Source: Ramazzottius varieornatus
Lineage: Eukaryota > Animalia > Tardigrada
Direction of reading: 5' to 3'
Length of the DNA stretch: 64,000 nucleotides
NCBI GenBank assembly: GCA_001949185.1
Contig: BDGG01000006.1
Span: 726,827 to 790,826 of the forward strand
Part shown: positions 1 through 12,619 of the stretch, one piece after another
How positions within the stretch are numbered: the first letter of the stretch is position 1
Layout: each line of letters starts with the position of its first letter
Position numbers and translations under genes: made by a program
Notes under the pieces: model-generated
The model's database searches: none
Seen by the model: only the letters and a program-made list of their open reading frames with translations
What the model was told of the DNA's origin: nothing

Positions 1-2029
1 ACTTGACCAACATCCCGAGTGCGCTGTGCTCCCCTCCAAACTATCAAATGTCACTTCCATGACGAAGTTTCTCGCTACTCGTCCTACTGGTGAGTGCATG
101 GTGGTTCCTCCTACATCAAAGATCTCATAATCCTCCAATCGTACTCACCTACAGTGCGGGGACTTCAAAGCGAGCCGGTACACCGCTTTCCTAACTGGTC
201 AACAAACATTTCTAGGCGTATCCATCAAAGTAGCTGGTGTAATTATACCACGAAGCCAGCTTAGTCTTTGTAATCCCTTTTTTTGAATTTTTTCCGAACT
301 CTCGTGGTGAGGTCTGTACCGCCGAACAATAGTATCATCGGCAATTTCTAGAAAACTTCGACATACGTTGGGGGTTCAATAAGTTTTAGAGCTGTGTTCA
401 CCAGAAAATTGCAGTTTTTCGCAAGAGGTGAAAGCAACTTATGAGCATTACGGCAGAGTTAGAGGCGAGGTTGAAAAGTCATTCGCTGAAAACAGGTTTG
501 TAAAATACAAGGGAGGTTTCTGGAGTGCTTAACGGTCTTGAAGAAATGTAAGTTTGAGTTTGACTTCAGCACTGGATAGAAGAGGTAAGTCTGGTGGCTG
601 GTCTGGGCAAAATGAAGTCAAACCTGACGGCTGTCAAGGCTCGAAGAAAATCTCAGTTCTACACGAAATCACAGTGCGCAATAAAACGGGGTGAAACTAG
701 CTGCGCTATCGATCACCAGCCGGATTTTTGAAATTTTTCTGTTTTCTCCTCCGCGTTCCATTTAGAACAAGAGTTCGCCTTTACTCTATATTCCCTTCAG
801 ACTTTGATTGTCGGAGCCATACCTAGACTAAGGCCGGGAATGCCGCGAACATTCCTACCCATACGAGTCCAGAATTGCAGTAGAGGGAAAATCCCGCCCA
901 AACATTAACCCCCGGGAACGTCCGCCTGGGAAGACCGAAATCGCTAATCGCGGTGGGAATTACAATTGATACCAGTAATAAGCATAAAAATATAAGGCCG
1001 AACATAAGTGTATCCACCGACTTCCAGTTCTCGAGAATGTCTTTCTGATACAGCGGTAGTGTTTTCTAGCGTGACTAGAATTTTTCCGTTTTCGTACTGA
1101 TTCATGTTGGGTCGCGTGGCACTCTGGACCCTCGGTCTATAAGGGCGTACTTCTTCCTTAATTGTTGATTCTAACTACGCAGTCCGAGCGTGCTCGAGAC
1201 ACCGTACGACATGACAGATACCACAGCTCAGTTTTTCCGCAAACACATTACGTCAGTTACCACGCTCTCACTACGCTTTAGGCATCAGGTTGTATATACG
1301 TTCATACGCTTCTTCTAATGCTTTCATTGCTCTGTACACGCGCGATGGGTAATTAAAAGACAGTAAAGTTTATGGGACAGGCGGAAAGGACGGTAAAATG
1401 GAACTTCAACCGTGGAAAGTGGTGAAAAGTACATTAGTATATTAGATGTATTGGAAATGCTGTTCAATAAGACGATCAATGATCGGAACAACAACCAAAG
1501 CGGTTACATAGTCGCTATCCTTGCATGTTCCAGTCCTCATCAAAACCAGGTGCGTAAATTGCGGCACGCATCATTTTTCTTTCGGATCGTGTGAGTGATC
1601 AGTCAAGTAATTCTCTCTGTTTTGTCGTGCTTTTCCCATGTCGCCGAAAGTAAGTACTGAACGTATTTTGAATTTTTTTAAAGTCAGAAATTTAGAAAAT
1701 TTCGCCGGCATCCTTTCTCTATTTGCAGTTCGAGTGATACTGGAAGTGCTCCTTCTTTTGTTTCAGAAGTCGCCAGATTCTGAAATAATCTACCTTTATC
1801 CTTTCACTTTTTTTGGCTGAATGTAACTATGGGATGATCCTGTGGAATTTTTAGCCTGTGTTTTAATTACGTTCTCGTATACCGTAATTTGAAAAGACTG
1901 ATTCAATAAATAACTCAAATAATTAATAGATTTAGGAATTAAATAATTACGTTCCCAGGCCAAGTCAGACCCCCAGCACACCCTTGGTCGAAGCGCTAAA
2001 AAACCATCTATCCCAAGGACAAGTTGAGT

Positions 2030-2651
2030 TAGTGCTGGCAACGATCGCATCGAAATATATCAAACCTTTGCGATAAAATATGCGGCAGATATCGTATCGA
2101 AAGTATCGATACGAGACTCATGTCAAATAACAAAATAAAATTTTCGGCGATATCGTATCGCGCCATGTCGATATATTTTCGATATAGCGTTATTTTGCTG
2201 GATGGCAAACTCGTCAATTATATCAATTTTGCTAAAGACTACAGTTGATTTCGAAGCCGTGATTCCGGCCACGGTATGCCGAGCAGGCGAGCACGCTCCG
2301 CCCATTCGGTTTTGGTACTAACTATTCAGGTTTCCATGTATTTGAAGTCTTGGACTCTTGGTACCGCCACGTCCTTGCTGTATCCGACGCTTTCGATCTT
2401 ACTGATACTTTATGTGGAAATCGGCTTCTTGGGTTCTTGGCCTTGAACCAAGTAGAATTCTGAAAAAACTCTAATTGCAAAAATATTGATATATCGCTGC
2501 GATATGAAACGATATATCAAGAATACGGTATGGGGAGAATATCATATCGAAATATCGATACCGAACGAATATCGAAGACCGCGATAAAATACCTGCGGAT
2601 ACTTTATCGAAAAATATCGTGTTGAATTTTATTGCAGTTTTGCCAGCACTA
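2030..2651. mobile_element. Non-autonomous hAT-type MITE
   Basis: Terminal inverted repeats TAGTGCTGGCAA (2030) / TTGCCAGCACTA (ends 2651). Flanks AGTTGAGT / GGTTGAGC give a 6/8 match to an 8-bp TSD. Both ends are dense in CGATA/TATCG subterminal motifs. Confidence 0.75.
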
Positions 2652-2844
2652 GGTTGAGCCGCAGTTCTTGAACGGATTTCGAAATTGTACAGAAAACTCA
2701 TGACGCGTCCTTCTTCTCTGAAATTTAGTCCAAAGACACCTCATGTACTTATAATTGTTCTTTGCAAATTTGGTAGAAATCGCACTTGTACTACAGAAAT
2801 TGCTGGAAAATTGACAGACGGCTCGAAAATCGGAGTCAGTTTTT

Positions 2845-3297
2845 GGAAAGTGCTCCGCACACCACCTTTCGCCACCGTAGTCTCCTAATACCACCTTTTG
2901 ACCACCGTTTGTCTGGACGTACCATCTTTCGTTCACTACAGTCAATCAATCAGAATTCAATATCTCCGCGCCCCACTTTCGTTTCAAAGAGATGCGTGAG
3001 GGCGGTTACAAATGAGGATTAGTTTCAGGACGCGCACCACTTTGAACTTAATCTACGGCTTGAAGTATCCCAAGAAGAAACGTCTAGTAGTAGCGACAGA
3101 AATTGTGGTAGCAGTTCCAAGAGCAATACAGTGTGGATGGGCCAAGTGACCACCACCTCGTGATATTCACGGCGCTCTCGACTGCGTGTGGGTGGTTCCT
3201 CACTATTCTTTTAGTATCCCTGGTATTAGGAGACTATGGTGGTGAAAGGTGGTGTGACGAGCCTATGGCGGTGAAATGTGGTGTGCGGAGCCTTCCC
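2845..3297. repeat. Inverted-repeat (foldback/MITE-like) element
   Basis: GCTCCGCACACCACCTTTCGCCACCGTAGTCTCCTAATACCA near 2853-2893 is mirrored by TGGTATTAGGAGACTATGGTGGTGAAAGGTGGTGT...GTGGTGTGCGGAGC near 3222-3292. Confidence 0.65.
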
Positions 3298-3792
3298 CAT
3301 TATATTTAGCTAACTGCTGAAGGCAATTTTTTACGTACCATTTCATAGCCTACTGATTTGACTTGCGATTACGTATCCTCAGAATGCAGTGCACAAATCT
3401 GGTTGACGATCCGTTTGGAATTTCAGCTTCAAATATTTATGGCTGTAGTAGCAGCACGCTATGTGATCCGACCTTCAATTGTGAGAAAAGGCCGTGAAAG
3501 GGAACAGACAATAATATGCAACACGCAGAGAAAAACTTCGGTGCATGAATCAGACCGAAAATACTACGGCGAGAACAAGGAAGCTATCAGGTTCACAGAT
3601 CTTCATCCTCTCGTACAGAACTGAGACTATTTTTATCGATGCTCTTAAGTCGATTATCAAGAGCCGCGGTGAATTTCCCTTTGACTTGAGCTTCGGTGGT
3701 TGGCACGTTCGTCCATTTTCCGCCAGCTGTGCTTTTCTGCTGTGCGGCAAATTTATGGACATGTTCTGTGGAAGATGAAAGCCATACGAACA

Positions 3793-3950
3793 TTAGTGTA
3801 TTCCCTCGATTGTTTCGTGAATCACGTGACGTTTGACGTAAATTACTCATGCGTTGATTTTGTCAAGACACGGGCACCTTTCTAGCCCCGCCGGGTAATA
3901 TTTACGTCGACCATCACGTGATTCGCGAAACAATCGAGGCAATACAGTAA
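3793..3950. mobile_element. Short palindromic TA-flanked MITE in an intron
   Basis: TGTATTCCCTCGATTGTTTCGTGAATCACGTGA...GACGTAAAT is mirrored by ATTTACGTC...TCACGTGATTCGCGAAACAATCGAGGCAATACA. Confidence 0.7.
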
Positions 3951-6056
3951 TCTCTCTTCACGACATCGGACTGCGACCAGGGTGGTTTCGGACTGCGACG
4001 TCGCGTCCACATTAGGGCCGAAGGCAACAAAGCGAAGGATATGCTCATGGCTTACCTAAGAAATTCTCGAAGTTTTTCTTTCCGAACATCTTTACAAATC
4101 CGACACCTTTCACCTTCTTATCTGCCAATGCCAAAACATCTTCCGAAGGAACCAGGATATTTCACATTAGCTTGCGGGCGTATTCGTCCATATCCTTCGC
4201 TTTTTCTTGCAGCTCTTGTAATTTTCGTTTCTTCACCCAGATGTCGGATTTTCCCAGGCGCTGGTAGATCGTCTTATCGACTTTCTTCTCGCCTTTGAGA
4301 AACGCCCATTTAATTTCTGGCACTAAGGACAGAACACAGGCATAAGTATTTTCGAAAATGTCGAGCTGAGCAATACCACGGGACGGATGATCGCGTACCT
4401 TTAAGCTTCGGCTTACGCTCTTTGACGGCCCCGAGTTCCTTCAGTATTTGCTCGTACTCTGCAGAATAGAGATCAACAGATCGGAGCTCGGCATACAAAC
4501 TGATAGATCTCTTTTCGAATAACGAGCGCTTTCAGGCTATAACATTGTAAACGTGCGCAACTTGGGGATAATAATTTCGACAGAATGGTTCCTCAAATTG
4601 GCGCTCGCAGCCGGTCAATAATATCGAGAAATTACGCCACTTGGGAAGACAGTTCGACCAGATCCCTTTGCACGTGACGCACACTTTCAGCCAATAGTAC
4701 CGTAAGCTTGCGTCACTCCAGGATAGTAATTCCGAGATAATGGTTCTCGAAGTGGTGCTCGCTTCCAGCTACTAATATCGGCCAACGTGCGCCACTTCGG
4801 AAAACAGGCCGGAAAAGATCAGATTGTAAATCAGCGCAGGCTTTCCAACCAGCAACAAGGGAAACGTGCGCCACTTAAGAAACGTCCTGCTCGAGTTTTT
4901 GTGCCGATCTGCCCAATCTTTTGCCTTTCCGGCCAAGATCTTAATATATTACTGATCACTCCTTGGTTTACCTTTAGCCTTCTTCAAATGAAAGGAACGA
5001 TAAACTTTGCATTTCTCCGTTTCATCCATACCGTCCGTGATGGGGAGAGTGGTCGGATGAATGATGGCCGGCATCACTGCAAAACCCTAATTAATCTGCT
5101 GTAAAAGCAGCCAGTAATTAGTTCTGGTGTTAGAAAAAATGTTACACTGTTATAAGTTACGAAAATTCAGCCGTCACTAAATGATTTGAAAACGATCGCA
5201 TATCCAAGTGACGCACATTTCCAATAATTTACAGTGGAAGCGTGCGGCTCCTGGGATGACAACTTTGTTCAGATCATTTGCCGACGCCCAAAATTTACCA
5301 GACTCCCGCGTCTTCTTCCGACGACTATCTTCCTCTGAGTCCAGTTCGGAGTCTGAGCCCTGTTCAACATTTTCGCGCGCTACAACAACACCAGGTCGAA
5401 TACTGGAAACCGTCAATCACGAACATGCTGAAACTGATTTAGGTCGTCCGCGGACCCGGCACACAAGCCTAACATCATGGTTAACCATAGTGGCGCATAT
5501 TTATGGATCTATTGCCAATGAACGTGCGCCACTTGAAATCGTTTTCTGTCGATTATTTTTACCGCGCACTCATTTTTGATATCGTATCACCCAAAATATC
5601 TCCATCAACACACTCATATTTCAAAGAAATATTTTACGAATGACTGGGGTTGACTTGACTTCTGGTCCACGCGTCCAGTCGTTCTCGCTCCATTCATCTT
5701 CATTCTCAACCTCTCCAAATTCCGCACTCTTGGACGGCATATGCTAAAACCGGGGCCTGGACTGATCGGTGGATCCCTGTATCTGGATTCTGTATCTGGA
5801 TTACGCCTGGATCTGTACTCTGTATCTGGACTATCATATTTCAAAACGGAGGTGACAGGTGAATGAAAAAAATTTTTTCACAAGGAACCACCGAAAAAAA
5901 TCCCTAAATAAGACGGACAGAAATTCAGAAAACTGAAAATCCGGAATAAATTTTTGAACGAGGGGTACGGGTATCATCCATAAAACATTAATGGTAATAG
6001 GATAACAATAATTGATAAATTGTAGAGAAAAACTTTACCAGATATTTAAACCTGTC

Positions 6057-6872
6057 TCAGATGAATCTCAAACCGTTGTAGACAGGGCGTCTGTCGCGTC
6101 TTCCCCCTCTCCTTTCTGTCTTTCTTTTTCCTACCTCTGGGCACGCTTTCACCATAGCATACTTGACCGAGTTCTGGATCGATTTCTGATCAGACAGGCT
6201 CAGCTCCGCGTAGTTCTTTTCTTTGAAGAAGGAGACAGCAAGGCGTTCATACAGAACATCAGAGTAAACAAAGCTTTCCGCGTCTTCTTCCACCATCGCT
6301 CTTATCGCATGTGTTAATGATCCTGTTGGCTTTAATGGAATTTCTTTTGTTGCGGTTTCAACAGCCGCATGCACGGGCGCGGTAAAAGTAGTAGGTAGCG
6401 GATTGGACGCAGGAGAATGCGCATACGTAAACATGTCGCAAAGCCGATTATGTTTTGTTTGCAGTTTCGCCTTCCTAATATTCCTCAGATATCGGTCGAC
6501 AGTTTCAACTGAGTTTTGCAAATCTTCCGCAATTTACCAGCTGTGTTCTTCCGAACCGTAATTCTTCCACATGACAAGGTACTGCTTTACTCCGTTTTCC
6601 GTCCTGTCCGCGATTATTCCGTCCACTTCATATTCCAAAGGACCTTGATCTTCCACTAGAACAACGAGGAGAGGGGGCGGCGGCGATGAAAATCTTGGTA
6701 ACTGACGTTCCTTCACTGGCACAACAAAGTCCAAGGGTCGCATTTTCAAACGACAATATTTTTGATCAAGTTCAGTAGGAAATGCAAATACCGATGTTAA
6801 GACCAAACGTAAAATTCGGGCGCAGAGTGAACTCTGACTAAATGAGCGCATTAGCGCGATCGGATTTACCAA
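6057..6872 (-). pseudogene. MULE accessory ORF: chromodomain plus C-terminal RFX-like winged helix; one premature stop
   Basis: EYEVDGIIADRTENGVKQYLVMWKNYGSEEHSW*IAEDLQNS is a chromodomain with TAA (6534-6536) at the conserved WE position. The same frame continues to ...EEDAESFVYSDVLYERL...CPEVGKRKTERRGGRRDRRPVYNGLRFI. Confidence 0.75.
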
Positions 6873-7062
6873 GGAACGAATAACACGAAATGACAGAATA
6901 CTGGTCGGTGGCTGACCGTAGCTAACCTCGCCCGGTTAGAAACGACAGTCACTACCCGGTTCAAAATGACAAACTGGACAGCTGATTTCCTGTTGTCAGT
7001 TCGAAATACCGTGGCAAAAACTTTTCGCTAAGTCATACAACGGTTGACTGAAGACGCAGAAT

Positions 7063-10000
7063 TTAGACAAAAAACTTTACTGTGGCTAATTTCGAACTTA
7101 GACCTTCTTTCCGGTGAAATGCTTCAAAAAACTTTTTGTGGCTTGGCTCAAACGATTCTTTGTCCTCGGTTCGATTCACGATGTCGGATAGGTTGAATTC
7201 TTTGTCGTGCTTCTCAACGCATTTTGCGTTAGCGTGGAAGTAAACCGGAGAAACTTTTCCATTTTGTTCTTGATTGTTGTTCTTGAAGGATCGTATCATC
7301 TGATTGACGACGACCAGGTCTTTCGGGGGACTGGGTGCATTACCGTCCAACCGGAACTCGGTATGACAACCAAAGCGCTTTTTCACACTTCCGTGACAGC
7401 CAGACAGAAAACGAAGCTCGTAAGTGAATGGCTCGACAGCTGCAACGGAATTCTTGGTTCGCTTCTTCGCTGTGTTCTCTGCGGCTGTTCGATAAGCCAA
7501 GGCCTTACCTGAAACCGACCAGCATCACACAACCGTTCCGCTACCATGAGGTCAGAAAAGATGAAATACCTTCAGCAGAAGTTAAAGTTGAAACCTGCGA
7601 CGTCTTTTCGGTAGTTCCAAGTCCGGTTGTGACGTTTTAGTCCAGTGCCTTTTGCAAGCTGGAATGACGCAATCTTGTCTAACGGGGCCTCGGACTTCCG
7701 TTTGTTGTGCCACATTGCGTATGCCGCGCTGACCTTCTTGACGGCAGTGACAGCCAGCGCTTGTTGACATATCTTCCCAACTCTGTATGGAAGACAAGTT
7801 TTGCGTCGCAGGCTACCTGTCCGGTCTTCGAGTTAATGGTAACGGTATGAAATTGATTTCTGCTGCTGTGACTGGCCACAATGAAGCACATGCCGTCATC
7901 ACCCGGCGCAGCGGTGATATACTTCTTGTTCTCCATCAAAGCCCGCGCTTTCACTTCGAGCTGAAGATGCTGTCCACCTTGTATATTCGCAAAGCCATCG
8001 AGCAGTGACGCTTCAGAGTCAACAGGGGAAGCACGAGGGGAGGAAGCTTCGGGCAGAGTCTTCTGAGTGAGCTCGAAAATTTCGCCCTCCAAAGAATCCT
8101 CAACGATAACCACGTCTACTTCCTTCTTCAACACAGGCTGAGTGTGTATCTTTCTCAGAAGCTTCTTTCTGTCTTTTTCCGATTGTCTAATTAAAGACTT
8201 AGAACTATTCACTTTCGAATTTAACGACGAAAGGGACGAGACTACCGCCTGATCACTTACACCCGAAAAAAATCTGTGGCCCGGACTTTCAGATGGTTGT
8301 ATTGGTCGAGCAGATCCATTCCAGGTGTTCGGTCGATCAGCGTCTCTTCAATGTCCTCTTCTTGTTTCTGCACGAGCTTCTGCATTGCCTCAACCAAGGG
8401 AGTGAGCTTCACCTTCTCTTTGCCTGTCTGCCGCTATATTACGGAGTTTATACATTCGTTTGCGTTCTGAGTATGGACGTCCAAGTTCAGCTGACAAGCG
8501 ATCCGTGTCGACAGCGACATGCAGTTCTGTATCAGGTGCTCTTTCTTCTCCTTGAAGTACGAGACAAAGTCAGCGCCTTCTTCCATGATCGCAGTCCATT
8601 TCTCATACAGGGCACCAGCAGCAGTCTCGAAGTCTCCCCCTGCACAGTCCACCAAACCAGCCGTCTTGTCTGTGCCTTGCTTCTTTCCGAAGATGTCTTG
8701 AATGACCTGCATAGAGACGTCAGGTTCTTCCCCAAGGGCTTCTTCTCTGTTATCGCGCATGTGTATGTCAAAGGGAAGATGGTTCGCCGCTGGAAAGAGA
8801 TCTTTGAACGGCTGGTACAAAGCCGGATCACTATCAGTGCCATACACCTTCAAGTCTACCAACTCAGGACAATGTTTCTTCAGAGAAGCTGCCATCTGCC
8901 AGTACGTCGCCCGCGACTTGTCTTGATGGATGAAGATAGCACCTGAACATGAACAGGTTAGCTTCACAAATGTTTTTGATAAGCAGTGGACTATCAATAC
9001 CGAAACTCCTTTAGTATCATCGTTAATAAAACTTACCGAGCATGACTGGATGATCCCCGATATTGGCAGATCTCGACCGAAGAAGCAGGTGTCGATACGT
9101 CACAGCAGTAACGAAGAACTTTCCCACGTTAAACATGGTGTCGACGCCAAGCACAGAAGAATTATCAGCATTCGTGCAGAATCGTACCATGTCATCGAAC
9201 TGTCTCTTTGTTGCGCGGAAGATGAAGAGCGATGGGACTGCGTGGATTTCGTTGATGAATCTGAGAGACGGAAAGTCGAATTCTTTCTTGCATTTTTCTT
9301 GAAGTCGCATGATGTCATCTACTGGCTGCGCGTCTTGAGTTAAATTTCGGATTTTTTTCGTGCCGGTTGGGATACTAGCGGGGTTCTTTACTGTGTAGAT
9401 CTCATCGCGATCCTCTTCAAAGGTCTTCAGAGCGATGCCGCGGTCTTGGCTCTTTAATGACTTCTTCACGCTTTGATAGCTTCGGCTTTAAGGCTTTGAT
9501 CCGTGTCGACGGTTACCACGATGTGAAGGTTCGAAGGAATGTGCCTCCTTGTCAAACTGGTAATACAGGAAGGAGTAATCACACTTGGCATGGCTGTCGT
9601 CGTGAGCGCGAATGTACACTCGTCTGAAGTCTTTGGACGAGTTGCAGATCCAAGTCTGTCGAGTGAACCAGTATCCCTCTTCATCAGCGTTGTACTCTTC
9701 CTTCGTTGCGCTCATCAATTTACCTTCGGTGCGGGTGAAATAGGAGGAGCGCGGACCGTGTGTTGCAGAATATGCTCTGCTACCGTCGGAGAGAACATCA
9801 CGCGGATCAGTCAGCGACTTCTCATGCATGATGAACACACAATGATCTTCTGGTCTAAATGGCGGATCTTTCGCGACAGGATCGATTTCCAAATGGACGT
9901 CCAGTAACAGCTGGACAGCATCAAACGTGCCGACTGTCTGGTTCCTTCCTCGACTGAAGCAGTCTGTGTTAGCGTACTTGCAAGGCGAATATCCCAAGCT

Positions 10001-10728
10001 ACGTCTGAAAACAAGTATCAACAGTCACTTGTTAATTTCTGAACGTGGTTTGTCTTGTGAATCGGGTAATCGCAATTATCTAATTAAAAGTTCGCAATTA
10101 AATTTCTGATGCGAAGCTAGTCTTAAACCAGAACCGGCTCACCTGAGCTCATCAACGTCCTCTGGATCAAGGTTGAACGATTTTTCTGCTTCCGGTGTCT
10201 CCTTGTGTTCGGAACTGATGGTCTGGTAATCATCGGTTTCTTTGAATGCTGCCTTCAAATTCCTCCGCGCACCTTGATCTTCTTCGTCACTGCTGTCGAG
10301 CGTGATGACATCTTTACTTGGCTGCTTCTTTCCGGTGATTGAGAGTACGGTTGACTGACTTCCCGACAAGTACGCGCTCAAGTTTCTTTTGAAGCCCCGA
10401 TCAATCTAGAAGACCATCAGACCATCGCATGTTGAAATTGAGATTATAGAGGTTATCGTGTTCGTATTAGGATAACTAATTAATGCCTTACCGCTTGAAA
10501 CGACGATGGTTTTTTAATGGGGCTGTTTGGCAAACTGCTTTCACTTTCGGGATTATACGGCACAAGCATAGGATATCTGCAACCCAAAAGCGTGATGGTC
10601 AATATTCAATCTGTTTTCATGATCTGATATTTTTCTAATGGCTTAATGGCTAAAACGCGAATGTCCGCTTACGATGATTTATCTCTGCTGTCGTTTTCAG
10701 CCTCATTTCCGCTGGATGACTCCTCCAT
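7063..10728 (-). pseudogene. MULE transposase (DDE domain + SWIM finger), spliced and disrupted
   Basis: VLGVDTMFNVGKFFVTAVTY (first D), VYGTDSDPALYQPFKDLFPAANHLPFDIH (second D, degenerate CxxH) and TQNANECINS (E). SWIM-like VACDAK/TCLPYRVGKICQQALAV spans a frameshift near 7800. Several stops. The 5' end is approximate. Confidence 0.8.
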
Positions 10729-12619
10729 GACCCAAAATTGGCGACCAAGAGGCAGAATAACACTCCCGAAAATATCGGATTAAGCTTCAAATAACAGTAC
10801 CAAAAAGACGGAAATGAGGAACAAAACGTCGACCGTTATTGCATTTGTGCATCAGACACTGATGAAGCAATATCGCTATCGTGTGAGCGCCAAAAGATTT
10901 CTTATTTAAGGCTGATCCTTCACTTCATTGTCTGTAAAAAATCTCCCTACAGCTTTGTTGTTCTGTTGCAGACTGCCCTTCACGGTCTCAACATTAGGAG
11001 CGTGATAAGCCGGTCGAGTTGCATCGGTGGCCGTTACTGCGTAGTTATGTGAATTTACGTACAGAGACAACATTCCATTTTTGTAGAATATTATTCGGAA
11101 AATTTTCGGCTGCATATTGTATTTTTAATTTTTAAAATGTACGTGGATTTCCCTGGATTTCCCCTGTATCTGGATTTCCCCTGGATACAGAGTACAGATC
11201 CAGGGGAAATCCAGATACAGAATCCAGATACAGGGATCCACCGATCCAGTTCAGGCCTTGGTTTTAGCATATGCCCTCTTGGAATGGCTTCGGTCGCGGT
11301 CTATATCACTCATATTATGTCTGTCTTTGGCCGCGTTGGACGATGAGTTGGATGAACGGCTGCCTTCCACAGATGACGCCGAGCTCGAACGCGATCTCTT
11401 TGTGCTCTTTCGAAAGGATATCTTGGGCTTATATTGAACTGCTGACTTTACAATAGGACCTGGTGCTGTATCACTATCGCTCTCTTTGTCCTCCCCATCC
11501 TCACTACGATGCTGTCGCTTACGGCAATCTGTGCTCTCAAATAACCGGCGGTTATTCAGTTCGTTGCGCTTGTTGCGGTCGGATTTTGCACGTTCGGTAT
11601 TGACCATACGTGAACTCCGCTTGGCTGGCGCATTCTTCTTCCTTCCCTGAAAAAATCCCGAAAACGAAATCACATAAATTACTTCAATGGATGCTGCTAA
11701 ATTAGACCCGCTAGACATCGGTAAAAATATAAATCAATCCGACTGAGCAGCTTGCTTGGATAATATTCACTTACCTCGGACTGGCGAATTCCTTCGAGGG
11801 TGTCAAACAGCGCATTGATCTTCTCGACATCTGATTCCACCTCAACAATGATGGCTTTGGAGATCTGATACCTTTCGTCCCACTTAGCTCGAATATGGAT
11901 GCCTTTCTCAAATTCTTGCTTCCCAATTAGCTCATCGCTGCAGCTTTGTCTTTCGGTCATGCATTCTTCGGTCTGCTCCAGAGGTGGTCTCACTTGATAA
12001 AATCCATCTTCATACTTCAGAAGGATATACTCTGCCGATTGGAAAGAAAGAGTCGGAGCATAACAGACGGATGGCAACAGAAAATACAGTCAACTTACTG
12101 CCCGCATCACGGGTATTCTTGAGCATCGCCTTGAACAGTGCGAAGTTGCCCTTAGCCCTTTCCGGATCCGAAGTTGCGACATTCCTGCTGCCTTTCTTCG
12201 ACTTTTTGTTCCGGTTTCCCATGTTGATATGAAGATAAAGCACCGCAAGGAGACAGCAAGAAAGTGTTGGAGAAACAAAACTGCCATAAATCACAACAAT
12301 TTGAGGAAGATTGACAACCGTTAGAGCCGTTACGTTGCATATATTAGGGCCACGGGCAGCATCTGACACAGTGCTTGCAGTAAATAATGACCCTGCACAC
12401 AAGTAAATGGTTCGTAGCAGCCATGTTGGATTGCTTACGTAACGTCAAAGCAATATGAACGAATCAAATCCACTGATTTCTGGAAGCACATAAACGACAA
12501 TTTCTGGAAACATTTAAAAACACGCTTTCTGTGTTTCTGAGCCTTACCAGCAACGGAGCGGCAACGATTATCGAAATTTTATATCAAGCTAAATTTAGCA
12601 AACAAGCGCGCCGCGAAGG

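Larger units (their letters stand above)
5736..11275 (-). mobile_element. Mutator-like DNA transposon (MULE), full length but decayed
   Basis: About 95-bp TIRs starting GGCATATGCTAAAACC (5736) and ending GGTTTTAGCATATGCC (11275), with internal GTATCTGGA repeats. 9-bp TSD CTCTTGGAC (5727-5735) / CTCTTGGAA (11276-11284). MULE transposase fragments lie inside. Confidence 0.92.
3593..12232 (-). pseudogene. Multi-exon accessory gene of the EnSpm/CACTA-type element, C-terminal BEN-like domain, interrupted by the Mutator-like insertion
   Basis: Minus-strand exon fragments at about 12.2-11.3 kb, 5.73-5.64 kb, 5.42-5.23 kb, 4.5-4.39 kb, 4.28-4.06 kb and 3.77-3.59 kb. The last two translate as RLGKSDIWVKKRKLQELQEKAKDMDEYARKLM*NILVPSEDVL...FENFL|EHVHKFAAQQ...W...QVKGKFTAALDNRLK, a BEN-like pattern by eye. 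In-frame TGA at 4162-4164. Confidence 0.5.

Noticed and set aside
1-1950. Short ORFs and possible exon fragments at the window start
   Set aside because: No recognisable motif or consistent splice structure could be supported.
4550-4900. Regularly spaced short repeats resembling a CRISPR array
   Set aside because: The repeats are degenerate, alternate in orientation and lie in eukaryotic introns; no cas genes are present.
6534-6536. Programmed stop-codon readthrough in the MULE chromodomain ORF
   Set aside because: A single GAA-to-TAA mutation explains it, and the same element has other inactivating lesions.
8293-9907. Long plus-strand ORFs (217, 137 and 122 aa) in the MULE, and similar antisense ORFs over osa, COQ3 and the SDR
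   Set aside because: These are shadow frames opposite recognisable coding sequence, with no motifs of their own.
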